From Bacteroidota bacterium (GTDB lineage: Bacteria > Bacteroidota > Bacteroidia > Chitinophagales > Chitinophagaceae), in NCBI GenBank assembly GCA_023422565.1, contig JAFAGR010000021.1, positions 7,227 to 71,226 of the forward strand: 64,000 nucleotides of DNA. Direction: 5' to 3'. A program made the position numbers and the translations under genes. The notes beneath the pieces were generated by a model. It saw only the letters and a program-made list of their open reading frames with translations, searched no databases and was not told where the DNA came from. Within the stretch, counting starts at the first letter, position 1. Each line of letters starts with the position of its first letter. Below, one piece after another: positions 10,111 through 18,031 of this stretch.

Positions 10111-12264
10111 ATGGCAGATTTACGTTATCAACGGAATTTCGGTATTGCCGCGCATATTGATGCAGGTAAAACCACAACAACAGAACGTATCCTGTACTAT
10201 ACCGGTGTAAACCATAAGATCGGTGAGGTGCATGATGGCGGCGCAACCATGGATTGGATGGCGCAGGAGCAGGAGCGTGGTATTACCATCACTTCAGCAG
10301 CTACCACTTGCTTTTGGAATTTCCCAATGAAGCAGGGCCAGAAAACAGCTGATACAAAGCAATATAAATTCAACATTATTGATACTCCGGGCCACGTGGA
10401 CTTTACCGTGGAAGTGGAGCGTTCACTTCGCGTACTGGATGGTCTTCTTTCTTTGTTCTGCGCCGTGTCGGGTGTGGAGCCACAGTCTGAAACCGTTTGG
10501 CGCCAGGCTAACAAGTATAAAGTACCGCGTATCGGTTTTGTAAATAAAATGGACCGTTCCGGCGCTGACTTCCTTAACGTGGTTAAGCAGGTTCGTGAAA
10601 TGTTGGGGGCGAAAGCCGTTCCGCTTCAATTGCCTATCGGTTCAGAAGAAAGCTTCAAAGGGGTGGTTGACCTTATCACCATGAAAGCGATCGTTTGGAA
10701 TGATGCCGATAAAGGAATGACCTTTACCGAAGTGCCTATTCCCGATGATATGCAGAGTGAGGTTGAACAGTACCGCCAGGAACTGGTAGAAGCGGTTGCC
10801 GAATACGATGATAAATTGTTGGAAAAATTCTTCGAAGATCCTAACAGCATCACTGAAGAAGAAATGCATGAAGCGATCAGGAAGGCAACGATCGATATCT
10901 CCATCATCCCGATGATGTGCGGTTCTTCTTTCAAAAACAAGGGCGTTCAGGCTGCGCTTGATGCAGTGGTACGTTACCTGCCGGGTCCGAAAGATATTGA
11001 AGCGATCACGGGCACCAACCCTGATACCGGTGAAGAAGTTGTTCGTCACGCAGATCCTAAAGAACCGTTCTCTGCACTGGCATTTAAGATCATGACCGAT
11101 CCTTTCGTGGGTCGTCTCGCATTCTTCCGTGCATACTCAGGCCGTTTGGATTCAGGTTCATATGTTCTGAACACCCGTACGGGAAAGAACGAGCGTATCA
11201 GCCGTATCATGCAGATGCATGCTAACAAGCAAAACCCTGTTGACTTCATTGAAGCAGGCGACATCGGTGCAGCGGTTGGTTTTAAAGACATCAAAACCGG
11301 CGATACACTTTGCCATGAAGATCATCCCATCGTTCTTGAAGCGATGACCTTCCCTGAGCCTGTTATTGCCATTGCTATCGAGCCAAAAACTCAGGCAGAC
11401 GTTGATAAAATGGGTATGGCTATCGCTAAATTGGTAGAAGAAGATCCTACGCTTCGCGTAAATACCGACGAAGAAACCGGTCAAACAATCCTTCGTGGAA
11501 TGGGTGAATTGCACCTTGAGATCATCATCGATCGTATGCGCCGCGAATTTAAAGTAGAGGTTAACCAGGGCGCGCCGATGGTGGCTTATAAAGAAGCATT
11601 CTTCAACACAATTGAACACCGCGAAACGCTGAAAAAGCAAACGGGTGGTCGTGGTAAGTTTGCCGATATCATTTTTGAGATCGGACCTGCAGATCCTGAA
11701 TTCCTGAAGGAAATGGATGGTAAAACAAACTTCCAGTTTGTAAACGCATTGTTTGGTGGATCAATTCCAAAAGAATTTGTTCCGGCCATTCAAAAAGGTT
11801 TTGAAACTGCAATGACTACCGGTGTGCTTGCAGGCTACCCAATGGAAAGCATGAAGGTGACCGTGAAAGACGGTTCATTCCACCAGGTGGATTCTGACGC
11901 GATGAGCTTTGAACTTTGTGCAAAGCAGGGTTACCGTGAAGCAGGCCGCAAAGCGAAGCCACAACTTCTTGAGCCGATCATGAAGGTGGAGGTACTCACT
12001 CCGGATCAATACATGGGTGATGTAACGGGTGACCTTAACCGACGTCGTGGTATGCTTGAAGGAATGGACAGCAGGCATGGTGTTCAGGTGATCAAGGCGA
12101 AAGTGCCTTTGAGCGAAATGTTCGGATACGTTACGCAACTGCGTTCATTATCTTCAGGCCGTGCAACATCTACGATGGAGTTTAGCCACTACACTGCAGC
12201 GCCTAACAACATTGCAGAAGAGGTGATCGCGAAATCAAAAGGAAAAATGAAGGTGGAAGAATAA
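10111..12264 (+). CDS. fusA: Elongation factor G
   Basis: [39 protein letters not shown]. Confidence 0.99.
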   Translation: MADLRYQRNFGIAAHIDAGKTTTTERILYYTGVNHKIGEVHDGGATMDWMAQEQERGITITSAATTCFWNFPMKQGQKTADTKQYKFNIIDTPGHVDFTVEVERSLRVLDGLLSLFCAVSGVEPQSETVWRQANKYKVPRIGFVNKMDRSGADFLNVVKQVREMLGAKAVPLQLPIGSEESFKGVVDLITMKAIVWNDADKGMTFTEVPIPDDMQSEVEQYRQELVEAVAEYDDKLLEKFFEDPNSITEEEMHEAIRKATIDISIIPMMCGSSFKNKGVQAALDAVVRYLPGPKDIEAITGTNPDTGEEVVRHADPKEPFSALAFKIMTDPFVGRLAFFRAYSGRLDSGSYVLNTRTGKNERISRIMQMHANKQNPVDFIEAGDIGAAVGFKDIKTGDTLCHEDHPIVLEAMTFPEPVIAIAIEPKTQADVDKMGMAIAKLVEEDPTLRVNTDEETGQTILRGMGELHLEIIIDRMRREFKVEVNQGAPMVAYKEAFFNTIEHRETLKKQTGGRGKFADIIFEIGPADPEFLKEMDGKTNFQFVNALFGGSIPKEFVPAIQKGFETAMTTGVLAGYPMESMKVTVKDGSFHQVDSDAMSFELCAKQGYREAGRKAKPQLLEPIMKVEVLTPDQYMGDVTGDLNRRRGMLEGMDSRHGVQVIKAKVPLSEMFGYVTQLRSLSSGRATSTMEFSHYTAAPNNIAEEVIAKSKGKMKVEE

Positions 12265-12286
12265 TTCTCACCGGAATGAATAATAG

Positions 12287-12320
12287 AAAAGGCCGCGCAA
12301 TTTATTGCGTGGCCTTTTTT
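12287..12320 (+). terminator. Intrinsic (probably bidirectional) terminator after fusA
   Basis: aaaaggccgcgcaa-ttta-ttgcgtggcctttt plus T-tract. Confidence 0.85.
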
Positions 12321-12360
12321 GTTTGGTTGAACTTTCGGAACTCTTGGAACGAGAATGAAG

Positions 12361-12403
12361 ATCGTCAATCGTAAGTCGACAATCGTAAATCGTAATTCGT
12401 AAA
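12361..12403. repeat. Degenerate heptamer tandem repeat (ATCGTAA-type)
   Basis: atcgtca atcgtaa gtcgaca atcgtaa atcgtaa ttcgtaa. Confidence 0.8.
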
Positions 12404-13066
12404 TCAGTTGGTTATTTGGATCAATCCATTTCTTATTCCAAACATTACAAGCCCCACACGGGTTTTGAGATCCAGTTTGAAGAAAAGTGAATCGCGGTAG
12501 CCTTCAACCGTGCGCGGACTAACCTTCATATTCTCCGCGATCTCTTTATAAGACATTTCAGTGGCTGCGTGAACCAAAAATTCAGCTTCGCGATCAGTAA
12601 TATTGGCAAGTAAACTTTTGTGTTTTGAATTTTCTTCCGAACTGTTCAGGTAATGTATCACACGAGAATTCACCATATCGTTCATGAAGAAACCACTATC
12701 GCGCACGGCATTGAGTGCCTGAAGCAGATGCGAGGGTTTGCTGTCTTTCAACACATATCCTGATGCTCCGTTTTTCAGCATTTTTATAACCGCGCTTTCA
12801 TTATCCAGCATGCTCAGCGCAAGAATTCTTGTATCCGGCAGGTTTTTTTTTATCCATGCCGCAGTATCGTATCCATTCATAACCGGCATGGTGATATCTA
12901 CCAGGGCGATGGAAGGTTGATTGTTTTTTTTCACCTGCTGAATAAAATCTTTTCCGTTTATCGCCTGCAGGGTTACGCAATAGCCGTCAAACCCGTTAAC
13001 TATTCCCTGCAATCCGTTTCGCATAAGTTCGTGATCATCTATCAGTGCAACTGAACATTCTTTCAT
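12404..13066 (-). CDS. NarL/LuxR-family DNA-binding response regulator
   Basis: REC domain (IDDH, LVDITMP, ALS, GASGYVLK) plus LuxR HTH (ITDRE...YKEIA...SPRTVEGYR). Confidence 0.95.
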   Translation of the reverse strand: MKECSVALIDDHELMRNGLQGIVNGFDGYCVTLQAINGKDFIQQVKKNNQPSIALVDITMPVMNGYDTAAWIKKNLPDTRILALSMLDNESAVIKMLKNGASGYVLKDSKPSHLLQALNAVRDSGFFMNDMVNSRVIHYLNSSEENSKHKSLLANITDREAEFLVHAATEMSYKEIAENMKVSPRTVEGYRDSLFFKLDLKTRVGLVMFGIRNGLIQITN

Positions 13067-13809
13067 TTCGTGGTGATTTTTACGGTGGTTCCCTGTGTTG
13101 GTGAGCTCAAAAATTCGATATCTGCCTTGGCAAGCATTGCCCGCTCCTTAAGATTTCGCATGCCGATGCCGTCATGCGTCGAATCCACATCATAACCTTT
13201 TCCATTATCTGAAATAGTTATTATTGTTTTATTGTTGCTGCCGGAGATACTCACTTTTACAAGACTGGCGTTTGCATGCTTAACAATGTTGTTTACTATT
13301 TCCTGAATCATCCGAAAAAACAGTATTGCCGACTCGGAGCCTTCCGGTTCATGTCCGTCGTAATAAAACTCTGTTTTCGCATAACCCGATTTTTCTATCT
13401 TCTCAAGCAGGTCCCTTGTAGATTGAACGAGGCCCAGGTTTTCAATGCGGCCGGTATGAAGCGAATGGCTTAGTTCCCGCACTTCGGTAATAGCCTTTCC
13501 GATAAGTTCATCAGCCTGCTTAATTATCTTTTCACTATCGCTGCCGGCGCCATTAAGTTGCATACGTGCGAGGCCGAGAATCTGGCCAATATTATCGTGC
13601 AACTCGAGCCCGATCTGCTTGAAAGTATTTTCCTGAATTTCTATAGTGGCCTGTAATTTTTCCTGCTGGAAGGCAGTAAGCAGTTCTCTTTTTTCAGCCT
13701 GGTTCTGGGCCTGTCTCTTCCTATACATCACCACGAAGTTGATAATGAAGAGGGCGAGCACTCCAAGTACTGCGGTAGCTACAAATAATATTCCTTCAAC
13801 TGACTTCAT
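13063..13809 (-). CDS. Histidine kinase, NarX/HisKA_3 type, single N-terminal TM helix, no sensor domain
   Basis: ELHDNIGQ H-box, QEIVNNIVKHA N-box, DNGKG and GIGMRN G-boxes. Confidence 0.93.
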   Translation of the reverse strand: MKSVEGILFVATAVLGVLALFIINFVVMYRKRQAQNQAEKRELLTAFQQEKLQATIEIQENTFKQIGLELHDNIGQILGLARMQLNGAGSDSEKIIKQADELIGKAITEVRELSHSLHTGRIENLGLVQSTRDLLEKIEKSGYAKTEFYYDGHEPEGSESAILFFRMIQEIVNNIVKHANASLVKVSISGSNNKTIITISDNGKGYDVDSTHDGIGMRNLKERAMLAKADIEFLSSPTQGTTVKITTK

Positions 13810-14458
13810 CCAGGCTCGTTAAGGTTTCAACCGGCTTCATATTCAGAATGAAACCGATTGCGCAATAATACAAAAGGTTACTGGTTATCATGATCGCTTC
13901 CCCAAGGCTGCGCGGTGGTGGTGTAGACATGAGCATGTAACATGACCAGTACATGATCACCATGGTGTTCACAAAAAGCATGGAGGCAATGAGCCAAAAG
14001 GTTTGTTCTTTCAGAATGTCGGTATCATTGGGATAAATTATGTATTCCCGAAAAACCAGCAGGCTGAGAAGAATGTAGTAATAACATTTTATAAGAATGG
14101 GCAGTGTATCAAGATGCGTATTGTCTTTCCGCATGAAATCATAAAGAATAATATAAATTATGATTGCCGAACCTGTAATGACTATTGGCAACCGGAATTT
14201 TTTTTCTTTAATAAGCTGAAGGAAAATTGCCGTAAACAGCCCGGTTTCAATCGGTCCAAAAAAGCGGTAGGTCAGCACTGTATAATCTGCATACAACAAG
14301 CGAAGTATAATTCCGCCACCGTCAAATAGTAAAACCGATGCAATAATAAGCGTGAGTAGCCTGAATGGAAGGCTGTTGCGCTTCCATCTTAGGATGCCGA
14401 TGGTAGTTCCTGTGATCAGAATAGCAATATATATCAGCCTGGAGGTTAAATAGTCCAT
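13796..14458 (-). CDS. Polytopic (about 6-7 TM) membrane protein of unknown function
   Basis: 220 aa with repeated hydrophobic segments; overlaps the kinase start by 14 nt. Confidence 0.8.
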   Translation of the reverse strand: MDYLTSRLIYIAILITGTTIGILRWKRNSLPFRLLTLIIASVLLFDGGGIILRLLYADYTVLTYRFFGPIETGLFTAIFLQLIKEKKFRLPIVITGSAIIIYIILYDFMRKDNTHLDTLPILIKCYYYILLSLLVFREYIIYPNDTDILKEQTFWLIASMLFVNTMVIMYWSCYMLMSTPPPRSLGEAIMITSNLLYYCAIGFILNMKPVETLTSLDEVS

Positions 14459-14466
14459 AGCGCGTA

Positions 14467-14829
14467 TTAAAAATCGCTTGCACTTGGAGGCCCCGCTACT
14501 GAGGAAAGGTAGTCGTGTGTTTCATCAGTTAGATGAATGTTTGAATTATTGTCATCCACGCCCACTACTACCAGGTTATAATTATCCAAAGAACTAAACT
14601 TTGGAAGGCCTGCATTTTCATCATAAGGCTGTTGTTTGGCAAGGTAAATCCTCAGCCCCTTACATGGTATCTTTTCTTCGTCTGCTCTTGCAAAAAGGTC
14701 TTCTATAACTTTTCGCTCTAATTCATAGTAACGTGTTACCTGATTTTTGTTTTCACCTTTCAATTCGCAGGCTGCATGATAATAGCCCACATAGGTTTTG
14801 GCTTGAAGCTTTGTGATTCTTTGCGACAT
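14467..14829 (-). CDS. Small conserved hypothetical protein, first gene of the two-component cassette
   Basis: 120 aa, no signal peptide; CKGLRIYLA...LVVVGVD...D....GPP pattern; A-rich translation-initiation region. Confidence 0.8.
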   Translation of the reverse strand: MSQRITKLQAKTYVGYYHAACELKGENKNQVTRYYELERKVIEDLFARADEEKIPCKGLRIYLAKQQPYDENAGLPKFSSLDNYNLVVVGVDDNNSNIHLTDETHDYLSSVAGPPSASDF

Positions 14830-14894
14830 AATCTTTTTTTTGGTTAGGGATAATTGTAATGGGTGTTAGGGATCACCTATACTTTGCTACAATA

Positions 14895-14981
14895 TACCGT
14901 CAATTACCCAAACTTACTACCGTTAAAAGACGGTAAAAAATACCGTTTAAAAACGGGTCAAAATTGGGTTGATTAACGGTA
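14895..14981. promoter_or_regulatory. Phased TACCGT/ACGGTA operator array overlapping a minus-strand -7 element (TAAGTTTG, 14909-14916)
   Basis: TACCGT at 14895, 14918, 14941; ACGGTA/ACGGGT at 14930, 14953, 14976 (23-bp period). Confidence 0.65.
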
Positions 14982-15163
14982 CTGTTTCTATCCACCTTCA
15001 TTGAAATTTGTAGTACCAGTTCAATAAAAATTGGCCCGTTTTTATCCGTCAGCAAAATGAGCAAACAGGTTTTGAATTTTCCAGTTTTATGAACCGCCCG
15101 GAAACGGGAACCGTGGCGGTTCATTTTAAAAATGCAATTGGTTTCAGTTCGGATAGGTTTAAT

Positions 15164-15195
15164 AATCCCTGCTATTTCTAGCGGGGGTTTTTTTT
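15164..15195 (+). terminator. Orphan intrinsic terminator in the 14829-15361 intergenic region
   Basis: aatccctgcta-tttc-tagcgggggtt plus T-tract; no annotated + strand gene directly upstream. Confidence 0.7.
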
Positions 15196-15261
15196 ATAGT
15201 GGGTAGTTCGAAGTTCGTAGTGGATAGTTAATTATTGAAGGTTTTGTCGGTAGTCTTTTTC

Positions 15262-15335
15262 ACCCTGCACCTTGTACCTTGTACCTTTTACCCATCACCC
15301 ACCACCCATAACCCATAACCATCACCCACAACCCC
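15262..15335. repeat. Heptamer tandem repeats (ACCTTGT-type then CCCATAA/CCCATCA-type)
   Basis: accctgc accttgt accttgt; cccatca cccacca cccataa cccataa. Confidence 0.75.
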
Positions 15336-15360
15336 ATCCAAAAAACAGTATTTTTGCAGA

Positions 15361-15978
15361 ATGAAACTCTTCTTGCTTGTCGCCCTTCTGCTCAATTCCT
15401 TATTCGTTGTTTCACAAAGCAAGCTGGATGCGGAGCGGGAAAACTTTTTTCGCATTGGAGCCCGGGTCGGGGCAAATCTTAATAAGGTTACCGGAAAATC
15501 GTACAGCGAAGGATTTGATTTCAACTATCAGCTCGGAGGTTTTATGCAGTTTAATTTTCACAGGAAGTTTGGCATTCAGCCGGAAGTGAACTTTTTACAA
15601 TCCACTGCAACCTTTAGCAATGAATCTACGGATGTGTATGACGATATTTTTCGGGATGGTGACCAGAGAAAGGCAAAGTTGAATTACCTCGAAGTGCCGG
15701 TTTTTATAAATTATAATCTCGGGCCCTCAAAAAGAGTTAAACTGCAGTTAGGCCCGGCATACGGCGGACTGGTTAAGGAAACGGTTGACAGCCTGCGGAC
15801 TAACCGCGATGTGTTTAAGAAAAATGAATGGAGCGTGATCGGCGGATTATGGATTCAACTCCCTTTCATCAACCTTAGCGCGAGATACAAAATGGGTCTG
15901 ACAAATATCAACGGGATCGATGATCGCCAAACCTGGAAGAACCAGGCGATACAATTGGGGCTGGGAATAACTTTTTAG
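15361..15978 (+). CDS. Outer-membrane beta-barrel (porin family) protein
   Basis: Signal peptide, IGARVGAN, IQPEV, YLEVP, C-terminal Phe; TATTTTTG promoter at 15349-15356. Confidence 0.85.
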   Translation: MKLFLLVALLLNSLFVVSQSKLDAERENFFRIGARVGANLNKVTGKSYSEGFDFNYQLGGFMQFNFHRKFGIQPEVNFLQSTATFSNESTDVYDDIFRDGDQRKAKLNYLEVPVFINYNLGPSKRVKLQLGPAYGGLVKETVDSLRTNRDVFKKNEWSVIGGLWIQLPFINLSARYKMGLTNINGIDDRQTWKNQAIQLGLGITF

Positions 15979-16105
15979 TTTACGATTCCTGTAATTCCTA
16001 CGGACACTAACTATATAACTTTCCCGGTTAAAAAACCGGGCTTCCCTGTGATAATGATCGCCAATTTTATTCTCATTCCAATTACCTTCCCTGAAAATTT
16101 TCTGC

Positions 16106-16840
16106 ATGTTATCAACCCCGCTCAACCACGTTTTGGTGATAGATATCGAAACTGCGAGTAACCATGACCGTTATAATGCCATGGATGCACAATGGCAGAT
16201 GCTGTGGAACGAAAAAGTAGCGCGTTCGCTGCCGGAAGGTGTGGCTGCAGAGGAATGGTATTCGGAAAGGGCAGGGGTGATGGCAGAATTCGGCCGCGTA
16301 GTTTGCGTATCCATGGCCATATTCACGGGTAACGGAGATAAAACGGGTTTAAAGATCAGATCCGTTTCGGGAACCGATGAAAGAAAGATCCTCGAAGAAG
16401 TGATCGGGATACTGAATAATTTGCAAAATGCGGGACGAAACGTTTGCTTCGCAGGGCACAACATTCGCGAGTTTGATATTCCTTTTCTAAGCAGGCGGAT
16501 GATCATTCACGGGCTGAGTATTCCCGCATGTATGAACTTTCAAAATAAAAAGCCCTGGGAGGTGTCGATGCTTGATACTTTTCAGCATTGGAGATTCGGC
16601 GATTACAAGAATTACACATCCCTTAAGCTTCTTGCCTCATCCCTTGGCCTACCCTCGCCCAAAGATGAGATCGATGGAAGCATGGTTGGCAAGCTGTTCT
16701 GGGAAAAAGACCCCGAAAGGCAACAGGAAAATTTGAGCAAGATCACCGCCTACTGCGAAATGGATGTAATTACTACCGCTAACATCATCCGCCGCTTCCG
16801 CAATGAAGGGATCATTCTAAATGAGTACGTGGAAAGATAG
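16106..16840 (+). CDS. PolB-like 3'-5' exonuclease (DEDD family)
   Basis: DIET, GHNIREFDIPF, KPWE..DT, SLKLL, YCEMDV. Confidence 0.88.
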   Translation: MLSTPLNHVLVIDIETASNHDRYNAMDAQWQMLWNEKVARSLPEGVAAEEWYSERAGVMAEFGRVVCVSMAIFTGNGDKTGLKIRSVSGTDERKILEEVIGILNNLQNAGRNVCFAGHNIREFDIPFLSRRMIIHGLSIPACMNFQNKKPWEVSMLDTFQHWRFGDYKNYTSLKLLASSLGLPSPKDEIDGSMVGKLFWEKDPERQQENLSKITAYCEMDVITTANIIRRFRNEGIILNEYVER

Positions 16841-16842
16841 CC

Positions 16843-17892
16843 TTAGCCTGCTTTCTTCAGCAACATTACATACACCGGAAAGTGATCGCTATACCCATAG
16901 TTGTAGGTAATGCCATCCCAGGTACGCTTGCTGTAATTACGCCATTTGCCGGTTTTTTGTACCAGGAAATCTTTATTGAAAATTACGGCTTTGTGAAAAT
17001 GGTACCCCGGGTCTTCTTTGTTCAGCAAGCTTCCTGAAACAAGCACCTGGTCAAACAAACCCCATGCATCCTGGTATGGGCTGGTGCCGATACCGCGGCG
17101 GTACATATCTACCCATGGATTATAGATTCCGTTACCTTTTACATTATCAGCCTTTCCTGTGGCGTTTAGAATTTTTGTAATGCTTGGGCTGATGGGGTCA
17201 TCGTTTAGGTCTCCCATGATAATGATCTTCGCATTCGGATTTAATGCATTCAGGGAATCGGTATGATTTTTAACCACCTGGGCTGCTGCAAAGCGGCCGG
17301 GCCTTGAACGCTCTTCACCTCCGGACCGTGAAGGCCAGTGGTTTACATATACGTGAGTGGTATCACCGTCGAGCAAACCTTTTACATAGAGTACATCCCT
17401 CGTATAATAAGCGTCTTTCGAGCCGCCGGGAAGTTTTACAAAAAGTGGCGCACTGCTTAGTACAGTGAAATATTTCGGATTGTAAAGGAGGCCCACGTCA
17501 ACTCCTCTCGCATCCGGCGAATCGTAATGACACACCTTCAGGTTCCTGTCTTTCAACTTTGAGGTCCTGACAAGGTCGTGAAGCACGGTGTCATTTTCCA
17601 CCTCCGCCACCCCGAGAAGGGCCACGCCGTCGGGATTAATGTCTGTTCCGATCTGTGAAATCACATCGGAAAGCCTTCCCAGTTTGTCGAAATAAATACG
17701 TGTGTTGTACTGGCGGGGGCTGTTGGGAAGAAACTCTTCGTCATTAATATGCGGATTATCAATAGTATCAAAAAGATTCTCGAGGTTATAGAAGCCTACG
17801 ATAGACACCTTGTATTGTTGTTTCTGCGCAGAAACATTTTGAAAAGGTGTGGCCATAATAAAAGCCAAAGCAGCAATAAAGAGTTTGTTCAT
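16843..17892 (-). CDS. Exported endonuclease/exonuclease/phosphatase (EEP) family nuclease
   Basis: Signal peptide; FYNLENLFD, AEVEN, DxRGVDV, NHWPSR, MGDLND, FDQ, SDHFP. Confidence 0.92.
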   Translation of the reverse strand: MNKLFIAALAFIMATPFQNVSAQKQQYKVSIVGFYNLENLFDTIDNPHINDEEFLPNSPRQYNTRIYFDKLGRLSDVISQIGTDINPDGVALLGVAEVENDTVLHDLVRTSKLKDRNLKVCHYDSPDARGVDVGLLYNPKYFTVLSSAPLFVKLPGGSKDAYYTRDVLYVKGLLDGDTTHVYVNHWPSRSGGEERSRPGRFAAAQVVKNHTDSLNALNPNAKIIIMGDLNDDPISPSITKILNATGKADNVKGNGIYNPWVDMYRRGIGTSPYQDAWGLFDQVLVSGSLLNKEDPGYHFHKAVIFNKDFLVQKTGKWRNYSKRTWDGITYNYGYSDHFPVYVMLLKKAG

Positions 17893-17908
17893 ATCTTAAG
17901 AGTGTGCG

Positions 17909-18010
17909 CAAAAGTACTGTAACTGCGTTTAGCCGCAGCATCCCTGTCTCATTAAATTTAAAAGATTAGGTTGTAATTTGGTTAAATGTAGCCCGTATGC
18001 CGTAATTTTG
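17909..18010. promoter_or_regulatory. Divergent -7 promoter pair for the EEP nuclease (-) and the TonB-dependent transporter operon (+)
   Basis: TACTTTTG on minus at 17909-17916; TAATTTTG on plus at 18003-18010. Confidence 0.65.
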
Positions 18011-18031
18011 CGCCTCTTAATTAATTTGCTT

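Noticed and set aside
10197..12138. Many antisense ORFs inside fusA (also within pckA, htpG, rpoA, scoB and others)
   Set aside because: Shadow frames expected from the codon bias of highly expressed genes; no independent signals.
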